Part shown: positions 36,036-47,174 of the stretch, piece by piece | How positions within the stretch are numbered: the stretch's first letter is position 1 | Layout: each line of letters starts with the position of its first letter | Origin: Carcharhinus amblyrhynchos | Taxonomy: Eukaryota | Direction of reading: 5' to 3' | Assembly (NCBI GenBank): GCA_965287045.1 | Contig: OZ336888.1 | Span: 22,258,001-22,322,000 of the forward strand | DNA: 64,000 nt | Notes under the pieces: generated by a model | What the model was told of the DNA's origin: nothing | Database searches by the model: none | What the model saw: only the letters and a program-made list of their open reading frames with translations | Position numbers and translations under genes: made by a program

Positions 36036-37100
36036 GATCCTATTTTAATATCGAAACGGGCGTGAAAACGTGGTAAAGTCGGGTGAGAGACCATTAATGT
36101 GATCCGCACATGGGTCCACGCAGATTGCCACTTTACCGAGACCCCGGAACTGCCATGATGCGATTCGTGCCTGAAATGGGCACAACCATGATTTAAATAC
36201 ATTTGCATGCATGTAAATTGAATTAATGAACTGCCCGCCCAACTTTATCAGCATTTCCCTCTTCACCACTGCGTTCGGGCACTCCAGCTGCTGAAGAGGT
36301 GAGTTCAGCGCTTCCAACGGCTCTCTGACTCAGATTGGGGATGGGGGGAGGGAGGACCCGATCATTGTCTGCTTGGGGGAGGGGGGGCAGACAGATCATT
36401 CTCTGGTGAGCAGGTGGGGAGGGAGGAGGAGGCGGGTGAGATGTTCCTCTGGGGGGGGGGGGGTGGAGGTGGGGGAGTGAAGCCAGATCATTCTCTGGGG
36501 GAGGGGGCAGGAGTGAGGCCAGATCATTCTCGGGGGGAAAGGAGGGAGGCGGGTAAGATGTATGTCGGGGGTCGGGGGGGGGAAGGCCCGACGCTCACTG
36601 GTCAGGGGGGAGTTTAGATGGATCTCTGGTGGTGGGGCAGGGGGTAGCGGGGTGGGTCCGCTGCCACTCTGAGGGTAATCGTTGGGGCGGGGGGAGGGGG
36701 AAGGGTAAGGGGGCAGGGCATCACGCTTTGTCTGGATAGCAGGGGGTGGTGGATAAGGGCGATGTGTGTGGGTAGTGGAGGCGGCGGTGGATAAAGGGAA
36801 CAATGATGTCTGTGGGGGGGCCATCACTCCCACTTTTCGCTCCCGGACCACTTTCTCCACTTTTCACAGCCTGGAAGCGATCTGACACGGGCTCGCTTTT
36901 TCAAATGTTCTAAGTGCGCATGGGCAGTTCAGAGATCCGATCGTTCCGGGTGAACTAAACCCTGCCCACAACACAATTCAGACGCGCAATTCTTTTTTTC
37001 AGGCTGTGTGCGTATCCAGGCATCTGAAAGCAGATTTCCAAGTCGGATCTGAATTGCGCCCAGATTCAGCACTTAGAATGAAAATGGTAAAATCAGGCTC
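36036..37100. mobile_element. ~1.06-kb non-autonomous TIR-like element with a G-rich minisatellite core
   Basis: Ends gatcctattttaa / ggtaaaatcaggctc; repeated (g)n-agtgaggccagatcattctc units at 36340-36660; CpG-rich. Confidence 0.55.
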
Positions 37101-37104
37101 ATTG

Positions 37105-37745
37105 GGTAGATAGGGAACATAACAGTCAGTTATCCAGAGGGAAACATCTGACAATTAGGATTGGGGGAAGTGTATTGAGATGGATCAAAAACCGGTTGGC
37201 AGAAAGGGAATAAAAAGTAGGAATTAATGGGTCATTTTCAAATTTGCAGGCAGTGACTAGTGGGGTGCCACAGGGATCAGCACTGGCACCCCAGCTATTC
37301 ACAATATATATTAATGATTTGGATGAGGAACAAAGTGTAACATCTCATTGTTTGCAGATGATACCAAGTTGGGTGGAAGGGTGAACTGTGATGAGGATGC
37401 AGAGATTCTTCAACATAATTTGGATCGGTTGGGTGAGTAGACACATCAATGGCAGATGCAGTATAATTTGGATAAATGTGATGTTATTCACTTTGGGAGC
37501 AAAAACAAGAAGGCAGATTACTACCTGAATGGCTGTAAATTGAGAGAGGGGAGTGTGCAGCAGGACCTGGGTGTCCTTGTGCACCGGTCACTGAAGGTAA
37601 GCATGCAGGTGCATCAGGTGGTAAAGAGGCGAATGGCATGTTGGCCTGCATTGCAAGATGTTCCTACTACAGGAGCAGGGATGTGTTGTTGCAAATGTAC
37701 AGGGCCTTGGTGAGGCCATACAAGAATCGTGTGTGCAGTTTTGAA
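37105..37745 (+). mobile_element. CR1 RT fragment
   Basis: ggggtgccacagggatc (GVPQGS), tttgcagatgatacc (FADDT), MQYNLDKCDVIHFG. Confidence 0.9.
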
Positions 37746-37806
37746 GGGAAGAAGTTACAGTGCACAAAGTACTTTGTACACTTCTTTCATTTTCACTGAA
37801 TGAGTG

Positions 37807-38117
37807 GGCAGCATGGTGGCACAGTGGTTAGCACTGCTGCCTCATAGCACCAGAGATCTGGGTTTGATTCCTGGCATGGGTCACTGTCTGCGTGCAGTCT
37901 GCGTGTTCTCCCTGTGTCTGCATGGGTTTCCTCTGGGTGCTCCTGCCCCCTTGCACAGTCCGAAAGACGTGACGGTTAGGTGAATTGGCCATGCCAAGTT
38001 CCCCCATCAGTGTACCTGAACAGGCGTCGGAGTTTGGCGACTGGGGGATTTTCACAGTAACATTATCGCTGTGTTAATATAAGCCTACTTATGACACTAC
38101 TAAATAAACTTTAAACT
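37807..38117 (+). mobile_element. HE1 V-SINE, type B
   Basis: Complete head, V-domain and taataaactttaaac tail. Confidence 0.9.
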
Positions 38118-39637
38118 GACGCAAAAATTATTCCTGTGCAATCCTGCATCACTTCTGGTAAAACATTTCTTTACTGTGAAAGACATGAAGCAGTGATAAC
38201 CCAAGAAGATGGACATAACAATACAATAAATGTATTTTCCTCATCTCCAAACCTTATGAAACCAACCACCTTTCTGAACTTCAACTTAATCTTGCAGAAA
38301 TCAGACCATTATTAAAACTGACAAAATGTGCTAATCTATAGTTTCTAGAATAGTTCCCTGCAGTATTAAAAATTTAAATTACCATCAACAATGAATATAT
38401 GGCTCTGCTACATTTTTTATGAAAGTTGCATATAAAATGACTTGTTCAGACATTCTTAACTTGTCAGTCCAATTTCTTCCCAGTGTTCACGGAAGTGAAT
38501 AAATAAATAATTGCGCTTTTGCATTTCCAGAGTCAGAATAAAAGGCTGGTATCCTGTTCTATGAAGTAGCTCCACACACCACAAATAAAATTAATAAATC
38601 TAATTAAATATTAACCAGGGTCTGGTAGCCAAACTTTGAGGTTGATGCAAAGACTGGCCACCAAGTGCACTATGTTTTGCAGACTATGTGAAATCTCATG
38701 GTTACAATATATAGGGAAATTATGAATACCTTAAAGGAAAAGAAATGTAATCATATAGAGAAATAATGGATTCAACAAAAAAATGAATGTACTGTTTATG
38801 TTTATTAACTCTTTAGTTTTCTTTAAATGGGAAAGAAAGGAATTGGTTAATTATATATCAATTGTATTTAACTGTATATGCAGGTGGACAGCATAAATTA
38901 GAGTTTCACTTCATTCGTAAGTAAGGGAATTAGCAAGGAAGATTGGATCCAATGTCATCTTTAAACAAATGGCATCCTGGAATAGATTATGTAGTTTTAC
39001 TCTTTTACATTTACGGTTGAGTACTAAATGGATTCATGGCACAAATTATTTTTCTTAAATCTTTTCCTGTCTATTGTTAAGAATCCCACTGATGTTGGAT
39101 GCGAGGATATCCCAAAACCCAGAAGAGGAAAATGGAACCCCTGTTCTTAATTATTCCTTTTACAATTTATTATAATTTATAGAAAGATACGCAAGCCAGT
39201 GAGGAAAGTTCCAGTCCTGTGGTAATCATTCAAATGAAAGGATGTTTTTTAGACCGCAAAAACACACACAAGAAAGGCAACAATACAGAACAGAATTACA
39301 ATTAGCTACAATTATGACTACACAAATAATGTACTCTGCTCCAAATCTAGCTGCTTTCCTAAAATTTGAGTATATTCTTTTCTCAAAACAAAATCCCATA
39401 AGTTTTACCACTATGAGCCAAATCTAGCAAATAATTACCACATACAACTTGTATCTCTATTTTGGGAAACCCTTCTCCTAGTGCAGCGTAGACTCTATAC
39501 TGTTTAAAAGTAGCTTTTCAGCACAGGAGCTTGCTTTCGTGACTTAAGTAAGTATCTGTTGACCCTGCTGCCAGGCTAATCACAGTAAAAAGTCTGACAA
39601 CACCAGGTTTTAGTCCAACCGATTTATTTGATAATAG

Positions 39638-39677
39638 ACTCACAAGCTTTCGGGGTTAGTCCCTTCGTCAGGTGAAT
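39638..39677 (-). ncRNA. Minimal type-I hammerhead ribozyme motif (mirror copy)
   Basis: Exact reverse complement of 39758-39797. Confidence 0.8.
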
Positions 39678-39757
39678 GGAGAGTTCTGGCCTCAGACAGA
39701 GCATATAAAGACAGACTGTCTGTGCTTTATATGCTCTGTCTGAGGCCAGAACTCTCC

Positions 39758-39797
39758 ATTCACCTGACGAAGGGACTAACCCCGAAAGCTTGTGAGT
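39758..39797 (+). ncRNA. Minimal type-I hammerhead ribozyme motif (PLE type, palindromic stem III)
   Basis: attcac CTGACGA a ggg actaac ccc GAAA gc T t gtgagt: 6-bp stem I, core CUGANGA/GAAA, stem II GGG/CCC, AAGCTT palindrome, predicted cleavage after 39791. Confidence 0.8.
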
Positions 39798-40129
39798 CTA
39801 TTATCAAATAAATCGGTTGGACTAAAACCTGGTGTTGTCAGACTTTTTACTGTGTTTACGCCAGTCCAACGCCGGCATACCCACATCATGGCCAGGCTAA
39901 TCCACATATCAAAAGTCCTCAGTGCAAACAAAACTTCATAATATCCATTTTTATCCCAATAAAATCTTTATTTCATCCAAGCTTCTTGACACTATTTTGG
40001 TGAGAAAATGTACTTAAGGACCATGACCCAAATTATCGTTACTGCCAAGGCTGAAAAGAACAAAATAAATTAAATCAAGCAGCACAAATTAAGTTATATC
40101 ACAATCATGGTACAGTAAATCAGAATAAA

Positions 40130-40400
40130 CGGTTTCTAGTGGTTAAAGGATCAGTAACCAGAGGGCACAGAATTAGGATTTCACTGGCAAGATCAAACCA
40201 GAAGCAGCATTATGTATTTTTCTAAATGTAGTGAGTTGTCAAGATCTGCTATGATAGAAGCAGATTCAATATTCACATTCAAAAGTGAATTAGATGAATA
40301 TCTGAACAGAAATAAAAGAATGAAGACTTGGGGAGAGGGAACTGATAGAATTGCTTTGCCAACAGGTTAAAAAGACACATTTTTGCTGTATAAATCTTTG
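40130..40400 (+). mobile_element. Old CR1 3' remnant
   Basis: gtaaccagagggcacag (TRGH); ttcaaaagtgaattagatgaata (FK.ELD). Confidence 0.55.
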
Positions 40401-41078
40401 ATATAGGGAAAAAGTGACAACTAAGGAGTCCACATTTTAAGACCTAACGGTGTAACTAAATATTGACTCCAGCATAATGGCAATGGAGGGAGGAGGAAGA
40501 ATATGTGTAACCTTAACCAATTTTTTTTTGAGAATCAGGGAAGAGATGTAGTGAGAAGGGAAACAGGATAAATCTAAGATGTATTAATGACCTGAATATA
40601 TTTCAAAACTTCTTTTGCATTTTTTCTCAAGGGTGACTTGTAAGGCTGACTGAACAGAAGATTCAAACATATATATTTTATTGCTTTGCCCTTAGAGCTG
40701 AGTGGCCTGAGCTGTTAGCATTGCTCAGCTGTACTGCACTTGGGAGAGAGCGATTGTCACTCTCGGGAGCGGCAAGGAAAAGGAGAGAAAGGGGAGGGAT
40801 AAAACTACACGTGAAAACCTGAAATAAAAAGTAAAATCTTCACACAATGCGAATGTAAGAATCTCAACAGAAGCTGATGTATCTGTAAGTATTTGATTTT
40901 AATCCAGAACACAGTTTATTTTCTTTTGAATCCTCCCTGCATGGTGGTCTGCACAGTTTGCAGAAACATTTTTACAAGGCCAACATATCTCTTTATTGGT
41001 TGAAGTCATACTTCATTGCTTAGAATTCCTTCACAGGTGACTGGAGGGGGAGGGGGCTGGGGGGGGGGGGGGGGGGGT

Positions 41079-41204
41079 GGATGGATTTTCTGGCTATGCT
41101 TGCCCCAAAACCAGAAAATCCTGCACGAGATCAACAGACCTTTGCATTGTCCACCCCCTCACCCGCTACAATTCCTGTGGCTGGCAGGACAGGAAAACTC
41201 CCCC
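41079..41204. mobile_element. MITE, homologue of 11575-11710
   Basis: ggattttctggc..ccaaaaccagaaaatc..tcaacagacctttgcat..ggaaaactcccc aligns with the first copy. Confidence 0.75.
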
Positions 41205-41471
41205 TGGAGAAATGAACACCCATTTTAAAAGGTTATTATTGTGATCAGTCACAAATTTCCAGAGGTTAAAATTGAAGTGCTTCTCAACTATTGCTGAAAA
41301 GCTTTGCTTCTACTATTAACACTGTTTTCCCCTTTACAATATTGGTTTTGTTGATGTTCTTAATGATTTTCATTCTGTCCCTCCCATCTCCCATGTTGGT
41401 TTACTCCTCTAGTTGCTAGGCATCTTACAGGAGCTCAGGTAGATTATTTTCCCTAGGCATTTAACAAAGGA

Positions 41472-41590
41472 TGGCACGTTTGCATAGTGGTTAGCACTGC
41501 TCCCTCACAACACCAGGGACCCAGGTTTGATTTCTGCCTTGGAATGTGGAGTTTACACATTGTCTGCATGGGTTTCCTCCAAGTGCTCTG
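41472..41590 (+). mobile_element. HE1 SINE head fragment
   Basis: gtggttagcactgctccctcac..gggtttcctcc. Confidence 0.75.
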
Positions 41591-41669
41591 TATCATGTTG
41601 TACAGGATGGACCAAGGGTAACTTCCCTTCTGGTTTGACCTTCTTTGGAGTAAGCACCTAATGTGTCTT

Positions 41670-42150
41670 GCTGTCTTTTTTTCATTCATTCATTGGACAT
41701 GGGGCATTACTGGCTGTCCAGCATTTATTACCCATTCCCAGTTGCCCTTGAGAATGAGCTACCTTCTTGGAACTGTGCACTCCCGTGCCTATGTTAACCT
41801 AAGTGGTCCATCCAGTTTTGTTTCTTTTGTTGAGTCTTTGTAGAGATTGATACAACTGAGTGGCTTGCTAGGCCACTTCAGAGGGCAGTTGAGAGTCAAC
41901 CACATTGCTGTGGCGCTGGAGTCATATTTAGGCCAGATCAGGTGAAGATGGCAGATTTCCTTCCGGAAAGGACAGTGGTGAACTCGATGGTCTTTCAACA
42001 AATGACCATGGTTTCATGGTCATCAATAAATTCTTAATTCCAGATAATTTTTATTAAATTCAAATTCCACCACCTGCTATGGCGGGATTCAAAGCCGGGT
42101 CCCCAGAACATTAGCTAAGTTTCTGGATTAATATCACAGGGCCATCACTT
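41670..42150 (-). mobile_element. tRNA-SINE of the 6230-6545 family (pieces)
   Basis: ccagcatttattaccc tail; ggcagatttccttc; gggattcaaagccgggtccccagaacattagct. Confidence 0.8.
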
Positions 42151-42207
42151 CCCCCGATTGTATTTCAGAACACTGAACTGACCGTATGCCTGTGATTAGA
42201 AATTCCA

Positions 42208-43474
42208 GTAAGAAGTCTCAGGTTAAAGTCCAACAAGTTTATTTGATAGTAAACCCACAAGCTTTCCGAAACGCTGTTCCTTCGTCAGGTGTGTGGAAAG
42301 TTCTGATCAGAGAAGGGCATATAAAGGCACGCACAGTTTACAGAATGCTGATTAGAATGTGAGTCTTAACAGCTAACCTGCTATTCAAGTCTTAAAGGTG
42401 CAAACAATGTGAGTGGAGATAGCATTAAGCATAGATTAAAGAGATGTGTATTGTCTCTAGACAGGATAGTAAGTGAGATATTGCAAGTTCAGGCAAGTCA
42501 TGGGGATTACAGATAGTGTGACGTGAACCCAAGATCCCGGTTGAGGCCATCCTCGTGTGCGGAACTTGGCTATCGGTTTCTGCTCAGCGACTCTGCGCTG
42601 TCGTGTGTCTTGAAGGCTGCCTTGGAGAATGCTTACCCGAAGATCAGAGACCGAATGCCCGTGACCACTGAAGTGTTTGCCAACAAGAAGAGACTGTCTT
42701 GCCTGGCGATTTTCGAGCGGTGTTCATTCATCCGTTGTCATAGCATCTGCATGGTCTCCCCAATGTACCATGGTTCGGGACATCCTTTCCTGTAGCGTGT
42801 TAGGTGGACAACGTTGGCCGAGTTGCAAGAGCATGTGTGGTGTACCTGATGGATGGTGTTCTCACATGAGATGATGTCACCCATGTCAATGATCCGGCAT
42901 GTCTTGCAGAGGTTGCAGTGGCAGAGTTATGTGGTGTTCTGGTCACTGTTCTCCTGAAGACTGGGTAGTTTGCTGCGAACAATGGTCTGTTTGAGGTTAT
43001 GTGGTTGCTTGAAGGCAAGAAATGGGGGTGTAGGGATGGCCCTGGCGAGATGTTCGTCTGCATCAATGACATGTTGAAGGCTCCGGAGAAGATGTCATAG
43101 CTTCTCTGCTCCAGGGAAGTGCTGGACAACTAAGGTACTCTGTCCATTGTGTCCCGTGTTTGTCTTCTGAGGAGTTGGGTGTGTTTTTTTGCTGTGACGC
43201 ATTGGAACTGTCGATTGATGAGTCGAATGCCATATCCTGTTCTTATGAGGGCATCTTTCAGTGTCTGGAGGTGTCTGTTGCATTCCTCCTCATCTGAGCA
43301 GATCCTGTGTACACGGAGGGCTTGTCTGTAGAGGATGACTTCTTTAACATGTTTAGGGTGGAAGCTGGAGAAGTGGAGCATCGTGAGGTTATCTGTGGGC
43401 TTTCGGTACAGTGAGGTGCTGAGATGACCGTCCTTGATGGAGATGTGTGTGTCCAATGCCGGCATCTCCACATC
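42208..43474 (-). mobile_element. Penelope-like element, family 1: RT C-terminus, linker, GIY-YIG endonuclease and pseudo-LTR; 5'-truncated
   Basis: LDTHISIKDGHLSTSLYRKPTD..LHFSSFHPKHVKE..QALRVHRICSDEEE (PLE RT thumb); CKTCRII and CPEPWYIGETMQML (GIY-YIG); 13-bp TSD attagaaattcca at 42195-42207 and 43475-43487. Confidence 0.95.
42254..42294 (-). ncRNA. Hammerhead ribozyme motif in the PLE pseudo-LTR
   Basis: Minus strand cac CTGACGA a ggaac agc gtttc g GAAA gc TT gtg. Confidence 0.7.
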
Positions 43475-44469
43475 ATTAGAAATTCCATGCAGAAAAGTAT
43501 CTGCAGTGAGAAATAATGATTGTTACGCTTGAAAACATCAGACAACCAATACTCAATACACTTACACTTCCCTCCCAGTTAATTAGGTGTTCTAAAAGGC
43601 AGATTCTGAAATCTATCCACTGCTCAGACTGCTTTTGAGGTTTGCACCCTTTGGTAGACACGTTGTCAGAACATCAGGCAAGTCATGTTGAATCAAAAGA
43701 AAGTGTCAACATTACAATAGTTGACACACTCCCCTTTCGCCACATATATTAAGGACATACAAGTGGCAGATTATTCATGTTCTCTGGTGGGTAACGTTGT
43801 GCTGTGCTCATTAATCCACCAAGTCCAATTACCTAGTTCTTATTGCCACTTTAAATAATGCTGACTGACAACTGACACATTAATTGCCTGTGAAACAATG
43901 CACCTTTGAAACACAATAATTTAAAGCCTCTTTCCTTTGTAAGGAGCTCATTTATGGCTTCATCAATCAGTATTGTGACATCTATATGACATAACTCCCA
44001 TTCCTTCCTTTTTTTTATAAATCCCATTTAACCTCCAAAGTGTTTTTTTCCCCCCTCCACAGACATTCTAAGCTACCTTTTAAAAATAGTAACTGCCTGA
44101 TAATTTGTGCTTGTGTAAGGTCATACGTTTATTATCTTCTTTCGACAATTAAGTGCTATTTATGTTGTGAGTTAAGCACATTAGAAAGCATAATTATATT
44201 TTACTGTTAATGATCGTAATGGTTTGATCAGAATCTGTAACTTGTAAGTCTCAATTGAAAGTTGAATCTTGCTCTGTGAATTTTAATCTGTCAAACACTC
44301 CTGCTTAGTAAATTCTATTTATAGCAAAAATGAGTCACAATTTTCACCATTCCATTTACATTGCTCTGGTTGCAACATAATACCCTTTTTTAGTTAGCAT
44401 TCCATTTTCCATAGAATTCCGATGGCTTATACCATTATTTTATCCATTAAAACAATGGAATGGTTTAAA

Positions 44470-44700
44470 TATTTACCGGAATTCATTACCAAAGGAAGTA
44501 GTTGATGTCAAGATATTGAATGTAGTCAAGAGGTGGTTAGATATAGCACTTGGGGTGAATGGGATCAAAGGTTATGGGAAAAAAGCAGGATTAGGCTATT
44601 GAGTTGACAGTCAGACATGATCGTAATGAATGGTGGAGCAGCTTCAAAGAGGCAAAAGGCCTCCTCTTGCTCTTAGCTGCTATGCTTTTATGTTTTTATG
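44470..44700 (+). mobile_element. CR1 3' end
   Basis: ggaattcattacca (WNSLP), gggatcaaaggttatggg, gatcgtaatgaatgg 3'UTR. Confidence 0.8.
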
Positions 44701-45707
44701 AAACTTTGCCACTGTTCAAGTTAGCTGGATCTTACGGTCCCACTAATGGTCCACCCTCGCGTGAGTTTCCCGGCAACAATGGGTGCATTGAATGGTAAAT
44801 CCTGTTGGTAATGGTGCTGCTGTGAGTGAGCAGCATGCTACCTCCCGCTGAAACACACTGTGGCAAGGGAGAATAATCCCACCCATTGTGTAAAATAAAG
44901 CCTGTAAATGGTGACTGGAAAGATATGGAATATGATAAAAATGCAAAAAATGTAGTCATTCTTTGGAGAGATGACAAGGCTGCTTTCTGATTGACGGCTA
45001 TAAAAGCATTTTAGTTCTGTAGCAGTGAGCACATATTTGCTTAGCTGCCCCAAGATAATACCACCACAGAGTCTGATTCACAGATGTTTTTTGCATCGTA
45101 CCATCAAATAAAGATACTCAGATATCGACTGGTCTTGTAATTGCAATTAACTACCCAAACAAGCAAATAATCAGGCACCTGAGTAAACCTTTACCGAGGG
45201 CTCTATCAATCTTTTTAAAACCAGCTTTACATAACATGGCCCTCATTATCAAGGAACTATAGGCAAGAGGTCAATAATGGCCAGCACGTTGGGTGGAAAA
45301 TTCGTTGGGAGGTTGGATAGTGACAAAGCACAATCTCTATGAGTAAAATAACCACAACAATTGATCAAGAAAGATTTCAAGATGCAAAGAAAACCACAAA
45401 AATGTTTGCAAATGACAAACGAAGAGAGCAACTGATAGAGAAAAGCTGCAAATCTGAATTAATAATGTGACACATTCCATGGGATAAATGATTTATTTTG
45501 TGCAAAATAAATAAGGTCTATTAATTTAATAAAGGGAAGAAATTAATTTTAACTTTTAAAGGAAATAACACAGTAATTTAAACTTTGCTACACGTTGTTT
45601 CATCAAGACTTAAGCACAAACTTGGCATAAAGGTCATGGTATTTCCCTAGCCAAAGGCAAATTGGCAATGTTAGTTCGGCATTAGAAAGCTAATACAAAT
45701 ATACACG

Positions 45708-46500
45708 TTAGTAGCAGGAGTAGGCCACTCAGCCCCTAAGTCTGCTGCGCCATTCAATAAGATCAAAGCTTATCTGACTGAAACCTCAACTCTACATTCC
45801 CGTCTTCCCCGAAAACCTTTCACCCCTTTGTTCATCAAGAGTCTAACTTAAAATTTTCAAAGACTCAATTTCCACAGCCTCTTGAGAAAGAGAGTTTCAG
45901 CAACTCATAATGTTTCGAGAGAAAAAGACTCTCCTCATCTCAGTCTTAAATGAGCGACCCCTAATCTTTAAACAGTGACACTAGTTTTAGATTCTTGACA
46001 AATGACTGTGTCAAGACATGTTCATTTGAAATTCTTTAGTTTCTGATACAACCACTCCACGTATTAAAGCTTGAAATAGGTCAGCAGAGGCTGGTATCCA
46101 TTCACCAGATTCCCTTTTATTTACAAACTCTATTTATAGTTCATTTAATGCTCCAAGTATTATATCACTGAGACTGGCATTCCCAGTTACATATGCAGAA
46201 AAGGCTCCTTGATTGGACAAGTAATAATGAGCTCAATCAAGGAGTTCATATTTCAACAGGCCAACCTCAATGGCCTCATTGAAATCATTACAATCCTTTC
46301 CACATCCACACTGCCCAGACCCTTCGGGACCTTAAAGGTTTCTATCAAGCCACGTCTTGCTCTTCGAAACTCAATTGGATACAAACCTAACCTGTCCAAA
46401 CTTTCCTTATAAGGCAACCTGCCCATTCCTGCTATTAGTCCAGTAAACATTCTCTGAACTGTTCCTAATGCATTTACATCTTTCCTTAAATCAGGAATTA
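45708..46500 (-). mobile_element. CR1 3' region interrupted by a probable solo LTR (~46005-46292)
   Basis: gcaggagtaggccactcagcc 3'UTR; VQRMFTGLIAGM..LDRLGLY..RRGLIETFK; insert bounded tg..ca. Confidence 0.75.
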
Positions 46501-46847
46501 ATTCAGTCATGTTACCGTGGTGGAAAAGGCGTTCTTAGTAATGGAGTAAAAACGAGGCTGGAAGATTATCTTGGGATCAAATGTGACACCAAGGTTACTT
46601 GTTTGGCCTCAGATTATTGCCAGAAATCCAAGGAAATGGAGATAGTCATGGGAACCAAAATCATTGGCTTGCAGTCTTTCCAATATTTAATCCTTTTCCT
46701 TCTCACTGGACGTGCATGCATTTGAGAATGCAGACACATGAAATCCTCTTATAGTTTCCCAGTAGCTGAGCCTCTATTGTGGGAGCATAAATTAGCAATG
46801 TTCCTTCTGTAACAGAGTTTGGAGAGTACAAGTGATGCTGTAACATG

Positions 46848-47173
46848 TTAGAATCATAGAACCCTACAATGCAGAAAGAGGCCCTTCAGCCCATCGAGTC
46901 TGCACTGACCACAATCCCACCCCAACCCTACCCGCATATCCCTACATATTATTACCCGCTAATCCCTCTAACCTGGGGCAATTTAAGCATGGCCAATCAA
47001 CCTAACCCGCACATCTTTGGACTGTGGAGGAAACCAGAGCACCCGGAGGAAGCCCACACAGACATGAGAAGAATGTGCAAACTCCACACAGACAGTGACC
47101 CGAGCCAGGAATCAAACCCAGGTCCCTGGAGATGTGATGCAGCACTGCTAACCACTGTGCTAACGTGCTGCCC
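46848..47173 (-). mobile_element. HE1 V-SINE, type A
   Basis: Complete element. Confidence 0.9.
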
Positions 47174-47174
47174 A

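Larger units (their letters stand above)
39581..39890. mobile_element. Palindromic PLE family-1 insertion: two perfect 130-bp inverted pseudo-LTR arms plus a 36-bp tail
   Basis: 39581-39710 is the exact reverse complement of 39725-39854; tail tttacgccagtccaacgccggcatacccacatcatg; TSD gccaggctaatc at 39570-39581 and 39891-39902. Confidence 0.95.

Noticed and set aside
36396-36860. 154-aa proline-rich ORF (also 1645-2115 and 29519-29827)
   Set aside because: Product of G/C-run minisatellite composition inside non-coding repeats
39072-39150. Possible terminal exon NPTDVGCEDIPKPRRGKWNPCS*
   Set aside because: Weak acceptor, no recognisable homology, no supporting upstream exon
39581-39854. Palindrome as an assembly fold-back artefact or a pre-miRNA
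   Set aside because: A clean TSD, the asymmetric PLE tail and an independent homologous copy at 48447 argue for a real PLE insertion; the arms are far longer and more perfect than a pre-miRNA
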